Part shown: piece by piece, positions 36,048 to 45,472 of the stretch
How the letters are laid out: the number at the start of each line of letters is the position of its first letter
How positions within the stretch are numbered: the first letter of the stretch is position 1
DNA from: a virus
Length of the DNA: 64,000 bases
Virus record (IMG/VR): IMGVR_UViG_3300027797_000012
Span: 1-64,000 of that record
Strand: one strand, 5' to 3'
The notes under the pieces: generated by a model
The model's input: the letters and a program-made list of their open reading frames with translations, nothing else
Databases searched by the model: none
What the model was told of the DNA's origin: nothing
Made by a program: the position numbers and the translations under genes

Positions 36048-39000
36048 ATACCAAGTAAGGCAAAACTACTACGAGCAACGTCCGCGTTGTTCGTTTTCAT
36101 GTCCGTAGTTCTAGGACCCCTTCTTCTTACAATGCCGTCTGCCCAGGCAAACCCTTCAGGGTTAACCGCCGAGGTCTACAACGTTCTAGGCCAGAATAAC
36201 GCTCCTTACATTCCTCAAGGCGCTTCTCCCGTAGTTACAACTAGCGTTCCCAATATTAACTTCCAATGGGGAAGCGGCAGCGTTCTAGGCGGACCGTATG
36301 AAGATGTAATCGTAGTCTTTACAGGATGGATTACCAGTGATGCTACCCAGGACATTTCATTTTTAGCTACCGCGGATGACGGAACTAAACTCTACATTGA
36401 CGGTAACTTAATAACCAGCGACTGGTTTGATAAAGGTGGCGGAGGAACTACAAGCTCCCCTGTACCTTTTACCGCAGGAGTCTCAAAGTCTATAGAGCTT
36501 ATGTACTATGAAAACGGTGGCGGAGCAAACGTATTTCTTCACTGGGATAAGTCTGGCCAAATGGAAATCATTCCAGCCTCTGCTTTTGTGTATGCTACTC
36601 CTCCACCTCCTGAAGTCTTGTCCGTTGGCGCTCCTACCAATCTAACAGTAGTTGATGGCGCATCTTCGGTTGTTCTTACGTGGAACGCTCCTACAGATGG
36701 AAATAGACAACCAGAGCGCTATGCTATTGGTTTTACCTGTCAAGGTTGTGGCGGTTGGGGAGTTGCTACAGGAAACGTTGGCGGTCCTAACTCGTTGAAC
36801 ACTACCATTACCTTAGATCATTCTTTGTTTAATTCATTAAAGCCAAGTGGCACCGTCTGGACATTCACAGTTAGATCTGACAATGACACGTTAGCTCTCT
36901 ACTCCTCTGTCTCCAACGCGGTGACAGTTAAGGTAGGTCTTACCGCACAAGAAATTGCAGATGCTGAAGCTGCAATCGCAGCAGCTACTGCGGAAGCCGC
37001 ACGGTTAGCAGAGGTAGCAAGGCTTGCGGAAGTTGCGCGTTTAGCAGAGGTCGCACGTCTTGAAGCAGAGGCCGCAGCTCTTATCGCCGCGCAGGCAGCA
37101 GCCGCACAGGCACTTGCAGATCAAACTGCAGCAGATGCGGTAAAGCTACTAATAACTAATTCAAGTTGGACACAGGCTAGAGCTGCATACGACATCTTAA
37201 CAGCTCCTCAAAAAGATCTCGTTACTAATTACGCAACCTTAACATCCGCGGAAGCGGCAGCAATTGCAGCACAAGTAGCAGCCGCGCAAGCGGCAGCAAC
37301 CGCTGAAGCCGCAAGAATAGCAGCAGAGGTTGCAGAAGTTGCAAGATTAGCAGAAGTTGCAAGATTAGCAGAAGTTGCGCGATTAGCGGAGATAGCAAGA
37401 TTAGCTGAGGTAGCAAGGCTTCAAGCAGAAGCAGCAGCGGTATTAGCTGCGCAGCAAGAAGAAGCAAGAATTGCAGCCGCCACAGCAGAGGCTGCTCGTC
37501 TTGCTGAAGTTGCTAGACTCGCTGAAGTTGCAAGACTAGCGGAAGTTGAAAGGCTAGCAGAGATTGCTAGAGTAGCAGAAGCGGCAAGACTGGCAGAGAT
37601 AGCAAGACTTGCCGAAGTGGCTAGACTTGCTGAGGCAGCAAGATTAGCGGAAGCAGAGAGAATAGAAGCCGAAAGAATTGCAGCTGCTACTGCTGAGGTA
37701 GCAAGATTAGCTGAGATCGCGAGACTTGCTGAAGTTGCCAGGTTAGCAGAAGTCGAAAGACTTGCCGAGATAGCGAGACTTGCAGAAGTAGCGAGATTGG
37801 CTGAAGTCGCTAGAGTAGCAGAAGAGGCCAGACTTGCTGAAGTTGCTAGACTTGCAGAGGCTGAAAGACTCGAGGCTGAAAGAATAGCAGCAGCAACTGA
37901 AGCTGCTCGTGTCGCCGCAGAAGCAGAGGCTGCCCGTATAGCCGCTGAGGTTGAAGCTGCGAGAATAGCGGCAGAGGCAGCAGCCAAAGCGGAAGCTGAC
38001 AGAATTGCTGCAGAAGAAGCTGCAAGAGAAGAAGCAAGAATTAAAGCAGAGGCCGAGGCAAAAGCCGAGGAAGAGCGCATTGCAGCCGAGATTGAAGCAG
38101 CAAGAATTCAAGCAGAGATAGAAGCTAAGGAAGAAGCGGATCGTATTGCAGCGGAGGTTGCAGCAGCTGAGGCAAAGGCCGAAGCCGAGGCTAAGGCTGA
38201 AGCTGAACGTATAGCGGCAGAGGAAGCGGCTGCAAAGGCAGAGGAAGAAAGACTTGCAGCAGAGGCAGAGGCAGCAGCTAAGGCTGAAGAAGAAAGAATA
38301 GCAGCAGAATTAGCAGAGGCAGAACGTCTTGCAGAAATTGAACGTCAACGAATTGAAGCGGAACGTATCGCTGCTGAGGAAGAAGCCGAAGCTGCACAGG
38401 CAGCAATTGACGAAGGTACACCTGAAGCGGTTGATAATTCGGTAACTGATGCGCTCGCAGATGGAAAAGTCAGTTCAACAGAGGTAGCAGCAGTTGCAGA
38501 GATAATGGCGGCAGATGGAAAAGTTGACGCTAAAGAAACAAATCAACTAGTTGAAGCGTTATCAGCAGACGGTAAAGTTTCTGTAGCAGACCAAGTCTCT
38601 GTGCTAGCAGCGCTTGCATCAGACGGTGACGTTTCAAAAGAAGACGTAGCAGCCATCGTTGCGTTAGCTGGTTCGGACGGGGCATTATCAGAGGGTGAAA
38701 AAGACATTGTTGCAGATGCTCTTATCCAGTCAGTCGCCCCAGGAGAAAACTTAACTACAGAACAAATTCAAGATGCTGGAATCGAGTATAAAGATCTCCC
38801 TGCTGAAACTCCCGTTGAAGTTCGTACAGATGACAGCGGAAATGAAATTGTTATCACCGCCGAGGTTGCAGCTAACATCGAGCTTGTAACAGATCCTGGA
38901 GCATTAGCCGAGGCATTGTTCACAGACCCTGGAGCAGCGCTCGCAGCCTTTGGAAGTCTAGGCGCGGATATGTCTGAGGAAGAACGTGAAGAGTCAACCA

Positions 39001-39185
39001 AGGCGGTTGTTGCAACTGTTGTTGCGGCAGGCGCTGCAATTCAAGCAGCTGCAGGCGCAGCCGCTGTAGCAACATCAACAGGAGGCTCGTCTAGTGGCGG
39101 TGGGTCTTCAAGCGGTGGAGGAGCTCCTACAGGAGATGCACGACGCAGAAATGCAGCTGGACCAAAGAGAACCCCTGGAAAGTAA
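36048..39185 (+). CDS. Large exported protein: PA14 + FN3 + AEVARL coiled-coil stalk + C-terminal hydrophobic anchor
   Basis: [26 protein letters not shown] (PA14); APTNLT..LTWNAP (FN3); hexad repeats; start ATA 36048 or TTG 36087. Confidence 0.8.
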   Translation: MPSKAKLLRATSALFVFMSVVLGPLLLTMPSAQANPSGLTAEVYNVLGQNNAPYIPQGASPVVTTSVPNINFQWGSGSVLGGPYEDVIVVFTGWITSDATQDISFLATADDGTKLYIDGNLITSDWFDKGGGGTTSSPVPFTAGVSKSIELMYYENGGGANVFLHWDKSGQMEIIPASAFVYATPPPPEVLSVGAPTNLTVVDGASSVVLTWNAPTDGNRQPERYAIGFTCQGCGGWGVATGNVGGPNSLNTTITLDHSLFNSLKPSGTVWTFTVRSDNDTLALYSSVSNAVTVKVGLTAQEIADAEAAIAAATAEAARLAEVARLAEVARLAEVARLEAEAAALIAAQAAAAQALADQTAADAVKLLITNSSWTQARAAYDILTAPQKDLVTNYATLTSAEAAAIAAQVAAAQAAATAEAARIAAEVAEVARLAEVARLAEVARLAEIARLAEVARLQAEAAAVLAAQQEEARIAAATAEAARLAEVARLAEVARLAEVERLAEIARVAEAARLAEIARLAEVARLAEAARLAEAERIEAERIAAATAEVARLAEIARLAEVARLAEVERLAEIARLAEVARLAEVARVAEEARLAEVARLAEAERLEAERIAAATEAARVAAEAEAARIAAEVEAARIAAEAAAKAEADRIAAEEAAREEARIKAEAEAKAEEERIAAEIEAARIQAEIEAKEEADRIAAEVAAAEAKAEAEAKAEAERIAAEEAAAKAEEERLAAEAEAAAKAEEERIAAELAEAERLAEIERQRIEAERIAAEEEAEAAQAAIDEGTPEAVDNSVTDALADGKVSSTEVAAVAEIMAADGKVDAKETNQLVEALSADGKVSVADQVSVLAALASDGDVSKEDVAAIVALAGSDGALSEGEKDIVADALIQSVAPGENLTTEQIQDAGIEYKDLPAETPVEVRTDDSGNEIVITAEVAANIELVTDPGALAEALFTDPGAALAAFGSLGADMSEEEREESTKAVVATVVAAGAAIQAAAGAAAVATSTGGSSSGGGSSSGGGAPTGDARRRNAAGPKRTPGK
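36990..37880 (+). repeat. Coding 18-bp degenerate tandem repeats (AEVARL)
   Basis: Dozens of AE[VI]ARL units. Confidence 0.85.
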
Positions 39186-39221
39186 TATAAAATAACTACG
39201 CGCAATAAGGAGATGTAAACA

Positions 39222-39395
39222 ATGAAAGACTTAATCCGTGACATGGTTGACCAGGCATGGACATTTTTAGGAATGTTCGTAGCATGGTTAGTCCTTGATG
39301 GAAGCGCAAAGACAATCACCGGTTACGCTATTGTAGCTACCGCGGTGTTCTGGGCAGCAACCTACCCGTTGCGCAATCCTAAAGACGAAGAGTAA
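39222..39395 (+). CDS. Small membrane protein
   Basis: MKDLIRDMVDQAWTFLGMFVAWLVLDGSAK...; AAGGAG SD. Confidence 0.65.
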   Translation: MKDLIRDMVDQAWTFLGMFVAWLVLDGSAKTITGYAIVATAVFWAATYPLRNPKDEE

Positions 39396-39490
39396 TCTTA
39401 ATCTTCCCTTATAATTCAATTGTAATAATAGACTAATACCTGTATATAATCAAACCTGTACGTAAGCACAAGTTACAGGAGAGATTATAG

Positions 39491-39802
39491 ATGAAAAGAC
39501 TTGTTGTCTACATTGTAAACGTAGATGAAGATCTAGCAGAGAAAGCACTTGAAGATTCACTTGCGGTGATAGCTTTACTTCCTTTTATTAAGGTAAAGCC
39601 GAAGTCTATGTTCGCAGAGCCGTACAGTGACGCACGCGGAATCATTGCCTACTTTGACTACGACTACTCCACTCCTGAAGCTGACGCGAGTAAAAATGCG
39701 TCTAAGGCTCTATACAATACTCTTGAAGAGTTAATCAAGGCACACCTATGGAATATCCCTGCGGTGAAAATCACATTAGAAAGTGGACGTAAACCAGAAT
39801 GA
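39491..39802 (+). CDS. Hypothetical protein
   Basis: TATAAT promoter plus AGGAG SD. Confidence 0.6.
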   Translation: MKRLVVYIVNVDEDLAEKALEDSLAVIALLPFIKVKPKSMFAEPYSDARGIIAYFDYDYSTPEADASKNASKALYNTLEELIKAHLWNIPAVKITLESGRKPE

Positions 39803-40305
39803 CTAAGATAGTTAAAACAAAAGATTACCCGGAGATCACCGAGAAGTACGCAAAGAAGATAGATCCGCTGCTTGCGCTCGCTAAACGAGCTTACGGCTTG
39901 CGCGGTCAAGCTACTCCTGCGCACACCGCGTCAACCAAGTACACCGAGCTAGTTAAGGAGTACTACGCTAACGGAGGATCTCTCGTTGCTCTTTCACAAA
40001 GATTAGGTGTTGCCTACTCAGGATTACGCCGTCGTGTATTTACGTCTGCGTTGCCACCTGTTACCCGTAAGAATCGCTCTAAAGTCTCCGAGGAGACCAT
40101 CGCTAAGGCTATGGACGCGGTTCTAAAGGCACGAGATACTTCAACCGAGGATTACCACAAGGCGCTTCATAAGGCGTATCACGAAGGCATCTCCCTTGCA
40201 ACCGTCTCTAAGGCGCTTGGTCTTTCATCGTCTGCTCCGTTGTATTACGCTGTCCAGCGCCACGAAATACGCCAGCAGGAGAATAAGAAGAAGAAGAAGA
40301 AGTGA
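39799..40305 (+). CDS. Tandem-HTH DNA-binding protein
   Basis: GGSLVALSQRLGVAYSGLRRRV; GISLATVSKALG. Confidence 0.65.
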   Translation: MTKIVKTKDYPEITEKYAKKIDPLLALAKRAYGLRGQATPAHTASTKYTELVKEYYANGGSLVALSQRLGVAYSGLRRRVFTSALPPVTRKNRSKVSEETIAKAMDAVLKARDTSTEDYHKALHKAYHEGISLATVSKALGLSSSAPLYYAVQRHEIRQQENKKKKKK

Positions 40306-40493
40306 TTACCCTACTTGCTATATTACTTACCTGGTACCTAACTAAGGTCTACTACACAAGATCATTGCGTCTAAATATAGACGGTGTAGACAATGATAAG
40401 TTTGTCAGAGTTAAGTGCTCTAAGTGCACTCGAGATACTTTTGTAGTTAGAGATAACCTTCGTACTCCGTTCTACTGTTCGATGTGTAAATGA
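40302..40493 (+). CDS. TM plus zinc-ribbon small protein
   Basis: CSKC...CSMC. Confidence 0.55.
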   Translation: MITLLAILLTWYLTKVYYTRSLRLNIDGVDNDKFVRVKCSKCTRDTFVVRDNLRTPFYCSMCK

Positions 40494-40918
40494 AAAAGAT
40501 AGTTGTCATTAGCGGTGGATTTGATCCACTTCACTCTGGACATATCGCGTATCTTCGTGCGGCGCGTATGCTAGGAGATCAACTTGTTGTTGGAATAAAC
40601 TCTGACGCATGGCTAGTTCGTAAGAAGGGTAAGGCGTTCCTACCGTTTGAAGAACGCAGGGCTATTCTTTCAGAGTGCCGTTCAGTTAATCATACGGTAG
40701 AGTTTAATGATGATGACGGCTCCGCAAAGAATCTTATCCTAACTACGCTCGAGGTTTTCCCTGACGCGGAGATCATCTTTGCTAACGGCGGTGATAGAAC
40801 CTCAGAGAATATTCCGGAGATGGAAATTCAAGATCCACGCTTATCGTTTGTGTTTAGCGTTGGCGGAGAAGATAAAAAGAATAGCTCTAGTTGGATTCTT
40901 AAGAACTGGGAATCGTAA
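40490..40918 (+). CDS. Cytidylyltransferase family protein (TagD/RfaE-like)
   Basis: SGGFDPLHSGH, NSD..L.RKKG, FANGGDR, KNSSS. Confidence 0.88.
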   Translation: MKKIVVISGGFDPLHSGHIAYLRAARMLGDQLVVGINSDAWLVRKKGKAFLPFEERRAILSECRSVNHTVEFNDDDGSAKNLILTTLEVFPDAEIIFANGGDRTSENIPEMEIQDPRLSFVFSVGGEDKKNSSSWILKNWES

Positions 40919-40930
40919 GAGTAGTACAAC

Positions 40931-41003
40931 GCGGACGTAGCGCAGTTGGTAGCGCGGAACCTTGCCAAGGTTCAGGTCGCCGGTTCGAACCCGGTCGTCC
41001 GCT
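40931..41003 (+). tRNA. tRNA-Gly (GCC)
   Basis: GCGGACG/CGTCCGC acceptor, AACCT-TGCCA-AGGTT, GGTTCGAAC; CCA not encoded. Confidence 0.92.
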
Positions 41004-41204
41004 CTAGATTTCAGTTAATTGTTCTATTTCTTGAACAACATCCTGTTTCATAGCGTAAAGACTATTTAGTACATCTTGTCTTAAAGGTTTATCTGGATGA
41101 TCAGAATCTGGGTAATCTAAAATGTTCTTTTCTAATATGTCTATATGCACATCAAAATTGTCAATTTGATTGTTTAATAAAACTATCTGTTCTTCATTAG
41201 TCAT
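41004..41204 (-). CDS. Hypothetical protein
   Basis: Follows the FN3 gene. Confidence 0.55.
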   Translation of the reverse strand: MTNEEQIVLLNNQIDNFDVHIDILEKNILDYPDSDHPDKPLRQDVLNSLYAMKQDVVQEIEQLTEI

Positions 41205-41205
41205 G

Positions 41206-44031
41206 TTATGCCCACCCTGAAGTTGCTGTTCCTGAAGTACCTGTTGCATTTGATGCGTAGACTGTAAAGTAAGCCCATAAGCCATTCGCACTGTTCATTG
41301 CCTGCGTAAATGATGTTCCTGTTGTATTGCCGCTTGCAGTTGCAGTAACAGTTCCGCCGCTTGATGAAGACTGATATAGAGTCCAATAGTACGTGATTGG
41401 GGCAGTTCCCGTTGCAGATGCCGTCCATGAACAAGTCCAAGAAGGTCCGATTGAGTATGTATTTATCAAAGACGTAGGTGTTGATGGAGCAACGCTCTTT
41501 GTAGTAAACGTAACAGGCGCGGAGCTTACTGGATCAGAGTTACCAGCCGAGTTGCCTGCGTATAAACTTATGTAAAAGGTTCCAGCTTGCGCAAATTCAA
41601 CCGAAGTTCCTGTTGTACTACCACTTGCTGCAACTCCTACAAGATATCTAATTATTTCATAATAATATGTAATTGTTGCGGTGCCGGTTGCAGACGCTGT
41701 CCAAGAGAAAGTTCCACCTACAGGACTTAGATTATTAGATCCAGAAGCGCTTGCTGGTGCACTAGGAACTACTCCGATAATGCTCCCGTTACCAGATGTA
41801 TTAGCACTTCCACTATTGTAGTTAGCGCGAGACGTAGTAACGGTAACAGTTGAAGCCTGGCCAGAACTTAATCCACTAACTGTAAATGGCAGTGTGCTTC
41901 CAGAGATAGTACCAAATGCTACAGAGCCCACGCTGCTGTTAGCGCTAAAGGTGTAATTTGCATCGTAGTTAGTAACAGATCCAGTAAATCCGCCTGAAAC
42001 AGAAGTGTTAGAACCAAACGTAGGTGTAAGTGCAGATCCTGCAAATGGCGTTGCGCTATTAGAAGCAGCTGATGCGCTTGAAGTTCCTTGCGCGTTTGTC
42101 GCGGTGACGGTGTACGTACGGGCATTTCCGTTAGTGTCAGACACAACGATAGGACTGCTAGAACCAGTGTTTGTATTTCCACTAGATGAAGTTACGGTAT
42201 ATCCTGTAATACCACTTCCACCAGTTGCGCCTCCGGTGAACGTTACAGATGTACTTCCAATACCTGCGGTAGCTGTACCGATAGTTGGAGCTTGCGGAAC
42301 AGAAGACGGCGTTGCGCTATTTGATGCACTGCTTGCAGATCCTGTTCCTTGAGCATTCGTTGCGGTGACAGTATAGGTTCGTGGAGTTCCTACTGTATCT
42401 GAAACGTATACAGGACTGCTTCCACCGGTGCCAGTATTTCCACTAGACGATGTAACGGTGTACCCCGTGATTGCACTGCCACCAGTAGCAGGTGCGGTGA
42501 ATGTAACTCCTACGTTAGCGTTACCGGTGTATGACTGTCCGCTTGCAACAGTAGCAGTTCCTATAGTTGGAGCAGCAGGCTTAGTTGTTATTGCTACACT
42601 TGCGCTAGAGCCAGATACCGCAGACCCGTTAGCGTTAGTTGCTGTAACAGTAAACGTGTAGCTACCTGCAGCAAGTGAGCCAACAGTTATAGGAGAAGTT
42701 CCTGATGCAGATCCGCTTGGAGTTCCAGTCGCGGTGTACGTTACTGCTTTTCCACCCGTTCCATTTGCGGTAAAGGCAACGCTTGCTTGTCCGTTATTGT
42801 ACGCGCTTCCACTTCCATTAGTAGCAGTTCCAATGGTAGGAGCTTGAGGTATCGTCGTTGCGGTAATCTGATTTGACGCAGATGAAGCAGAGCTACTTCC
42901 AACGCTGTTTCTTGCTGTAACACTAAATGTATAGTTTGTATTAGAAGCTAAACCTGTAACAGTAAGAGGAGAAGACCCCCCTGTAGCCGTGTAGCCTCCA
43001 GGTGAAGAAGTAACTGTATAGTCAATAATTGAAGCTCCACCGTTTGACGCAGGAGCCGAAAACGTAACAGTTGCAGATCCGTTGTTGTACGCGCGGCTAG
43101 TTCCAACGTCCGTTGCAGTTCCTATCGTAGGAGCCCCAGGAACAGTTGTAGCAGAGTCTGTTGTTATTTGGTTAGACGCGGATGATGCAGCGCCGGTTCC
43201 TACACCGTTCGTTGCGGTGACGGTAAACGTATAGTTTGTTGAAGCAGTAAGTCCTGTTACACTTATAGTTCCGCTTGCTGCCTGAGCAAGAGTTGCAGTG
43301 ATTCCACCCGGTGAAGATGTCGCGGTGTATAGAGTAATTGTCGACCCGTTATTAGCAGGCGCGGTGAAAGCTACGGTTGCAGTTGTTTGCCCGGTCTTTG
43401 TGGCCGTGCCAATCGTAGGAGCTCCCGGAACTGCCACAGGAGTTATCGAGGTAGTCGCAGATGATGCTGCCGAGTCTCCAACTCCGTTTGTTGCAATAAC
43501 TGTAAAGGTGTATGCAGTTCCCGCGGTTAAGCCAGAAACTGTTATGCTCCCGCTCCCCGCTTGCGAAATTGCTCCAGTGATTCCACCAGGACTTGATGTT
43601 GCAGTGTAACTAGTAATAGCATCTCCGCCGTTAGAGTTAGGCGCGGTGAACGGGACAGAAACAGAAGTAGAGCTTGCAATACTTGGAGTTCCTATGGTTG
43701 GAGCTCCTGGAACCGTCGCAGGAACAACGGACGATGAATTGCCAGAGCTGTCCGAATAAACTCCGTACACGGTGTATGTTTGAAGAGTAAAGGTATAGGA
43801 AACTCCGTTTGTAAGTCCGCTGACTGTTACCGGACTAGTTTCACTCGTTCCTGTATTATTTGAGCCAGCGCCACTAGACGTTGCAACGTAGGTAGCTGTA
43901 CTTTTTCCTTTGTAGGCAGGCTCGTTAAAATACACAAGCGCGGAGCCATTACCTCGAGTAACAGAGGTAATAGTTGGAATTCCAGGTTTAAGCCCTGCAG
44001 AGGCGTCAACAGCTTTAGCGCGTGCAGCCAC
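41206..44031 (-). CDS. Fibronectin type III repeat protein (fibre/adhesin)
   Basis: About 9 repeats of PGAPTIGTAT...VAFTAP..GG..IT.YT.TS...YTFTVTATN..G. Confidence 0.85.
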   Translation of the reverse strand: MAARAKAVDASAGLKPGIPTITSVTRGNGSALVYFNEPAYKGKSTATYVATSSGAGSNNTGTSETSPVTVSGLTNGVSYTFTLQTYTVYGVYSDSSGNSSSVVPATVPGAPTIGTPSIASSTSVSVPFTAPNSNGGDAITSYTATSSPGGITGAISQAGSGSITVSGLTAGTAYTFTVIATNGVGDSAASSATTSITPVAVPGAPTIGTATKTGQTTATVAFTAPANNGSTITLYTATSSPGGITATLAQAASGTISVTGLTASTNYTFTVTATNGVGTGAASSASNQITTDSATTVPGAPTIGTATDVGTSRAYNNGSATVTFSAPASNGGASIIDYTVTSSPGGYTATGGSSPLTVTGLASNTNYTFSVTARNSVGSSSASSASNQITATTIPQAPTIGTATNGSGSAYNNGQASVAFTANGTGGKAVTYTATGTPSGSASGTSPITVGSLAAGSYTFTVTATNANGSAVSGSSASVAITTKPAAPTIGTATVASGQSYTGNANVGVTFTAPATGGSAITGYTVTSSSGNTGTGGSSPVYVSDTVGTPRTYTVTATNAQGTGSASSASNSATPSSVPQAPTIGTATAGIGSTSVTFTGGATGGSGITGYTVTSSSGNTNTGSSSPIVVSDTNGNARTYTVTATNAQGTSSASAASNSATPFAGSALTPTFGSNTSVSGGFTGSVTNYDANYTFSANSSVGSVAFGTISGSTLPFTVSGLSSGQASTVTVTTSRANYNSGSANTSGNGSIIGVVPSAPASASGSNNLSPVGGTFSWTASATGTATITYYYEIIRYLVGVAASGSTTGTSVEFAQAGTFYISLYAGNSAGNSDPVSSAPVTFTTKSVAPSTPTSLINTYSIGPSWTCSWTASATGTAPITYYWTLYQSSSSGGTVTATASGNTTGTSFTQAMNSANGLWAYFTVYASNATGTSGTATSGWA

Positions 44032-44105
44032 AGAGCACCTCCCTACACATCATAACAGTTACCATTACTATCTTATCACTTATTAGACTTAATGATGTAG
44101 GAGGC

Positions 44106-44249
44106 TTATTTACCTGTATCCATATGCTTTTCTTCGCATCCCCGCGCAAGATCTGGGACTACGTAAACCTTGTCGCATATAGCGCATGTCCATCTGGCTA
44201 TGCGCTCGGCATCACTCATAAAACCATGCACGTTCTTAGGTGTTGGCAT
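44106..44249 (-). CDS. Small zinc-finger protein
   Basis: WTCAICDKVYVVPDLARGCEEKH. Confidence 0.55.
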   Translation of the reverse strand: MPTPKNVHGFMSDAERIARWTCAICDKVYVVPDLARGCEEKHMDTGK

Positions 44250-44259
44250 TAAGAACTTA

Positions 44260-44556
44260 TTACTTATCGGCTCGCTTGTCCACTGAAGTAAAGGCCGAGT
44301 TTATTTCTGCGGCGGTTAGCTTTCCATCGTCTAAAAAACCACGTGCAAGTCTTTCAACTACAGTTGCAACACCAAGTGTTCCAGCAAGGATTACTGCCTT
44401 AGCTGTGCTGATTCCAACAACTGCGCCTGCGCCAATTACCGATAAGCCTGATGCTGCGAATACAGCAATGATACGAGCAAAGATGTTTCCCATTGCGGTC
44501 ACTGCGCCCGCGCCTACAGTTACAGGTGCGTCTTGCGCTGCCTTGTTTGTTGCCAT
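44260..44556 (-). CDS. Membrane protein (holin-like)
   Basis: RIIAVFAASGLSVIGAG...FLDDGKLT..EIN. Confidence 0.6.
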   Translation of the reverse strand: MATNKAAQDAPVTVGAGAVTAMGNIFARIIAVFAASGLSVIGAGAVVGISTAKAVILAGTLGVATVVERLARGFLDDGKLTAAEINSAFTSVDKRADK

Positions 44557-44622
44557 ATGTAAGTCTCCCAAGAGAGTAGTAGTTGATACCCCTCTCCCAA
44601 GGTGATAGTTAATTCTAACGCA

Positions 44623-44904
44623 TTACGTAGATTTTGACTTTAAGCGCCTACGATAGACGCGACGCTCTTTCTGGGTTGTCCCACCCCAGATTCCCATCTC
44701 GTCGTGGACTACGGCCCACTCAAGACAAGGTTGCTTGTACGGACAGCCTGCGCACATTCTTCGCGCTGCGTTGACGATGTATAGAGATTGACCCTTAGCT
44801 CCTTTTTCTGGAAAGAATATCTCCGGATCTGTAGTCGCACAAGCTGGGACTCCGTGATCTTCAAAGACAGGGTAATTGCTAGATAGTTGTATGTCCAATG
44901 CCAT
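44623..44904 (-). CDS. whiB: WhiB-family transcription factor
   Basis: C..DPEIFFP, CAGCP...C, GIWGGTT..ERR. Confidence 0.92.
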   Translation of the reverse strand: MALDIQLSSNYPVFEDHGVPACATTDPEIFFPEKGAKGQSLYIVNAARRMCAGCPYKQPCLEWAVVHDEMGIWGGTTQKERRVYRRRLKSKST

Positions 44905-44949
44905 GGACGGACCATATACAAAATAGGTACTCTTGTAAACTGTAAGTTT

Positions 44950-45255
44950 TTAGTTTACACTTACCTTAACGCCACGCTTGCGCAGCAGCGCGTGACGTTG
45001 CTCTGGAGTCATTCCGCCCCAGACGCCATAGAACTCTGGAACTTTTAGTGCGTGTGATAAGCACTGCTCTATTACAGGACAACCTCGGCATATCTTCTGC
45101 GCTTCTCTTTGTTTCTGGTTTTTCTGTACTCCGCGCTCTCCTGCGTCAAGAAAGAATATCTCTGTATCTGCTTCTTTGCATTTCCCGTCTTCTTGCCATG
45201 CCCACTCATCGTAGACTGGGCGCAGGTTAGCTATTTGCGGGTTTTGCTTTGTCAT
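44950..45255 (-). CDS. whiB: WhiB-family transcription factor
   Basis: WQEDGKC, CRGCPVIEQC, GVWGGMT. Confidence 0.92.
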   Translation of the reverse strand: MTKQNPQIANLRPVYDEWAWQEDGKCKEADTEIFFLDAGERGVQKNQKQREAQKICRGCPVIEQCLSHALKVPEFYGVWGGMTPEQRHALLRKRGVKVSVN

Positions 45256-45290
45256 TTGACAATTGTATAAGGTAAGGGTCAAAAAACGCC

Positions 45291-45470
45291 TTAACCCCCT
45301 GTTGAATAGAACCCGTTTCCTTTGAAGCTTATTGCAGGAAGGCTATAGACTCTCTTAAGACTCTCTGAGCACTCTGGCGCTGTGCACGTCGGATTACCCT
45401 CTGGCTCAGTCATTGGTCGCTCTATGAGGTTCTCATGACCACTAGTGCATACGTATTCGTACGTTGCCAT
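45291..45470 (-). CDS. FmdB-family zinc-ribbon protein
   Basis: MATYEYVC..GH...C..C...KRVYS...FKGNGFYSTGG; not in ORF track. Confidence 0.75.
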   Translation of the reverse strand: MATYEYVCTSGHENLIERPMTEPEGNPTCTAPECSESLKRVYSLPAISFKGNGFYSTGG

Positions 45471-45472
45471 AG

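Noticed and set aside
36990-37880. CRISPR-like array
   Set aside because: 18-bp degenerate coding repeats without spacers; no cas genes in the window.
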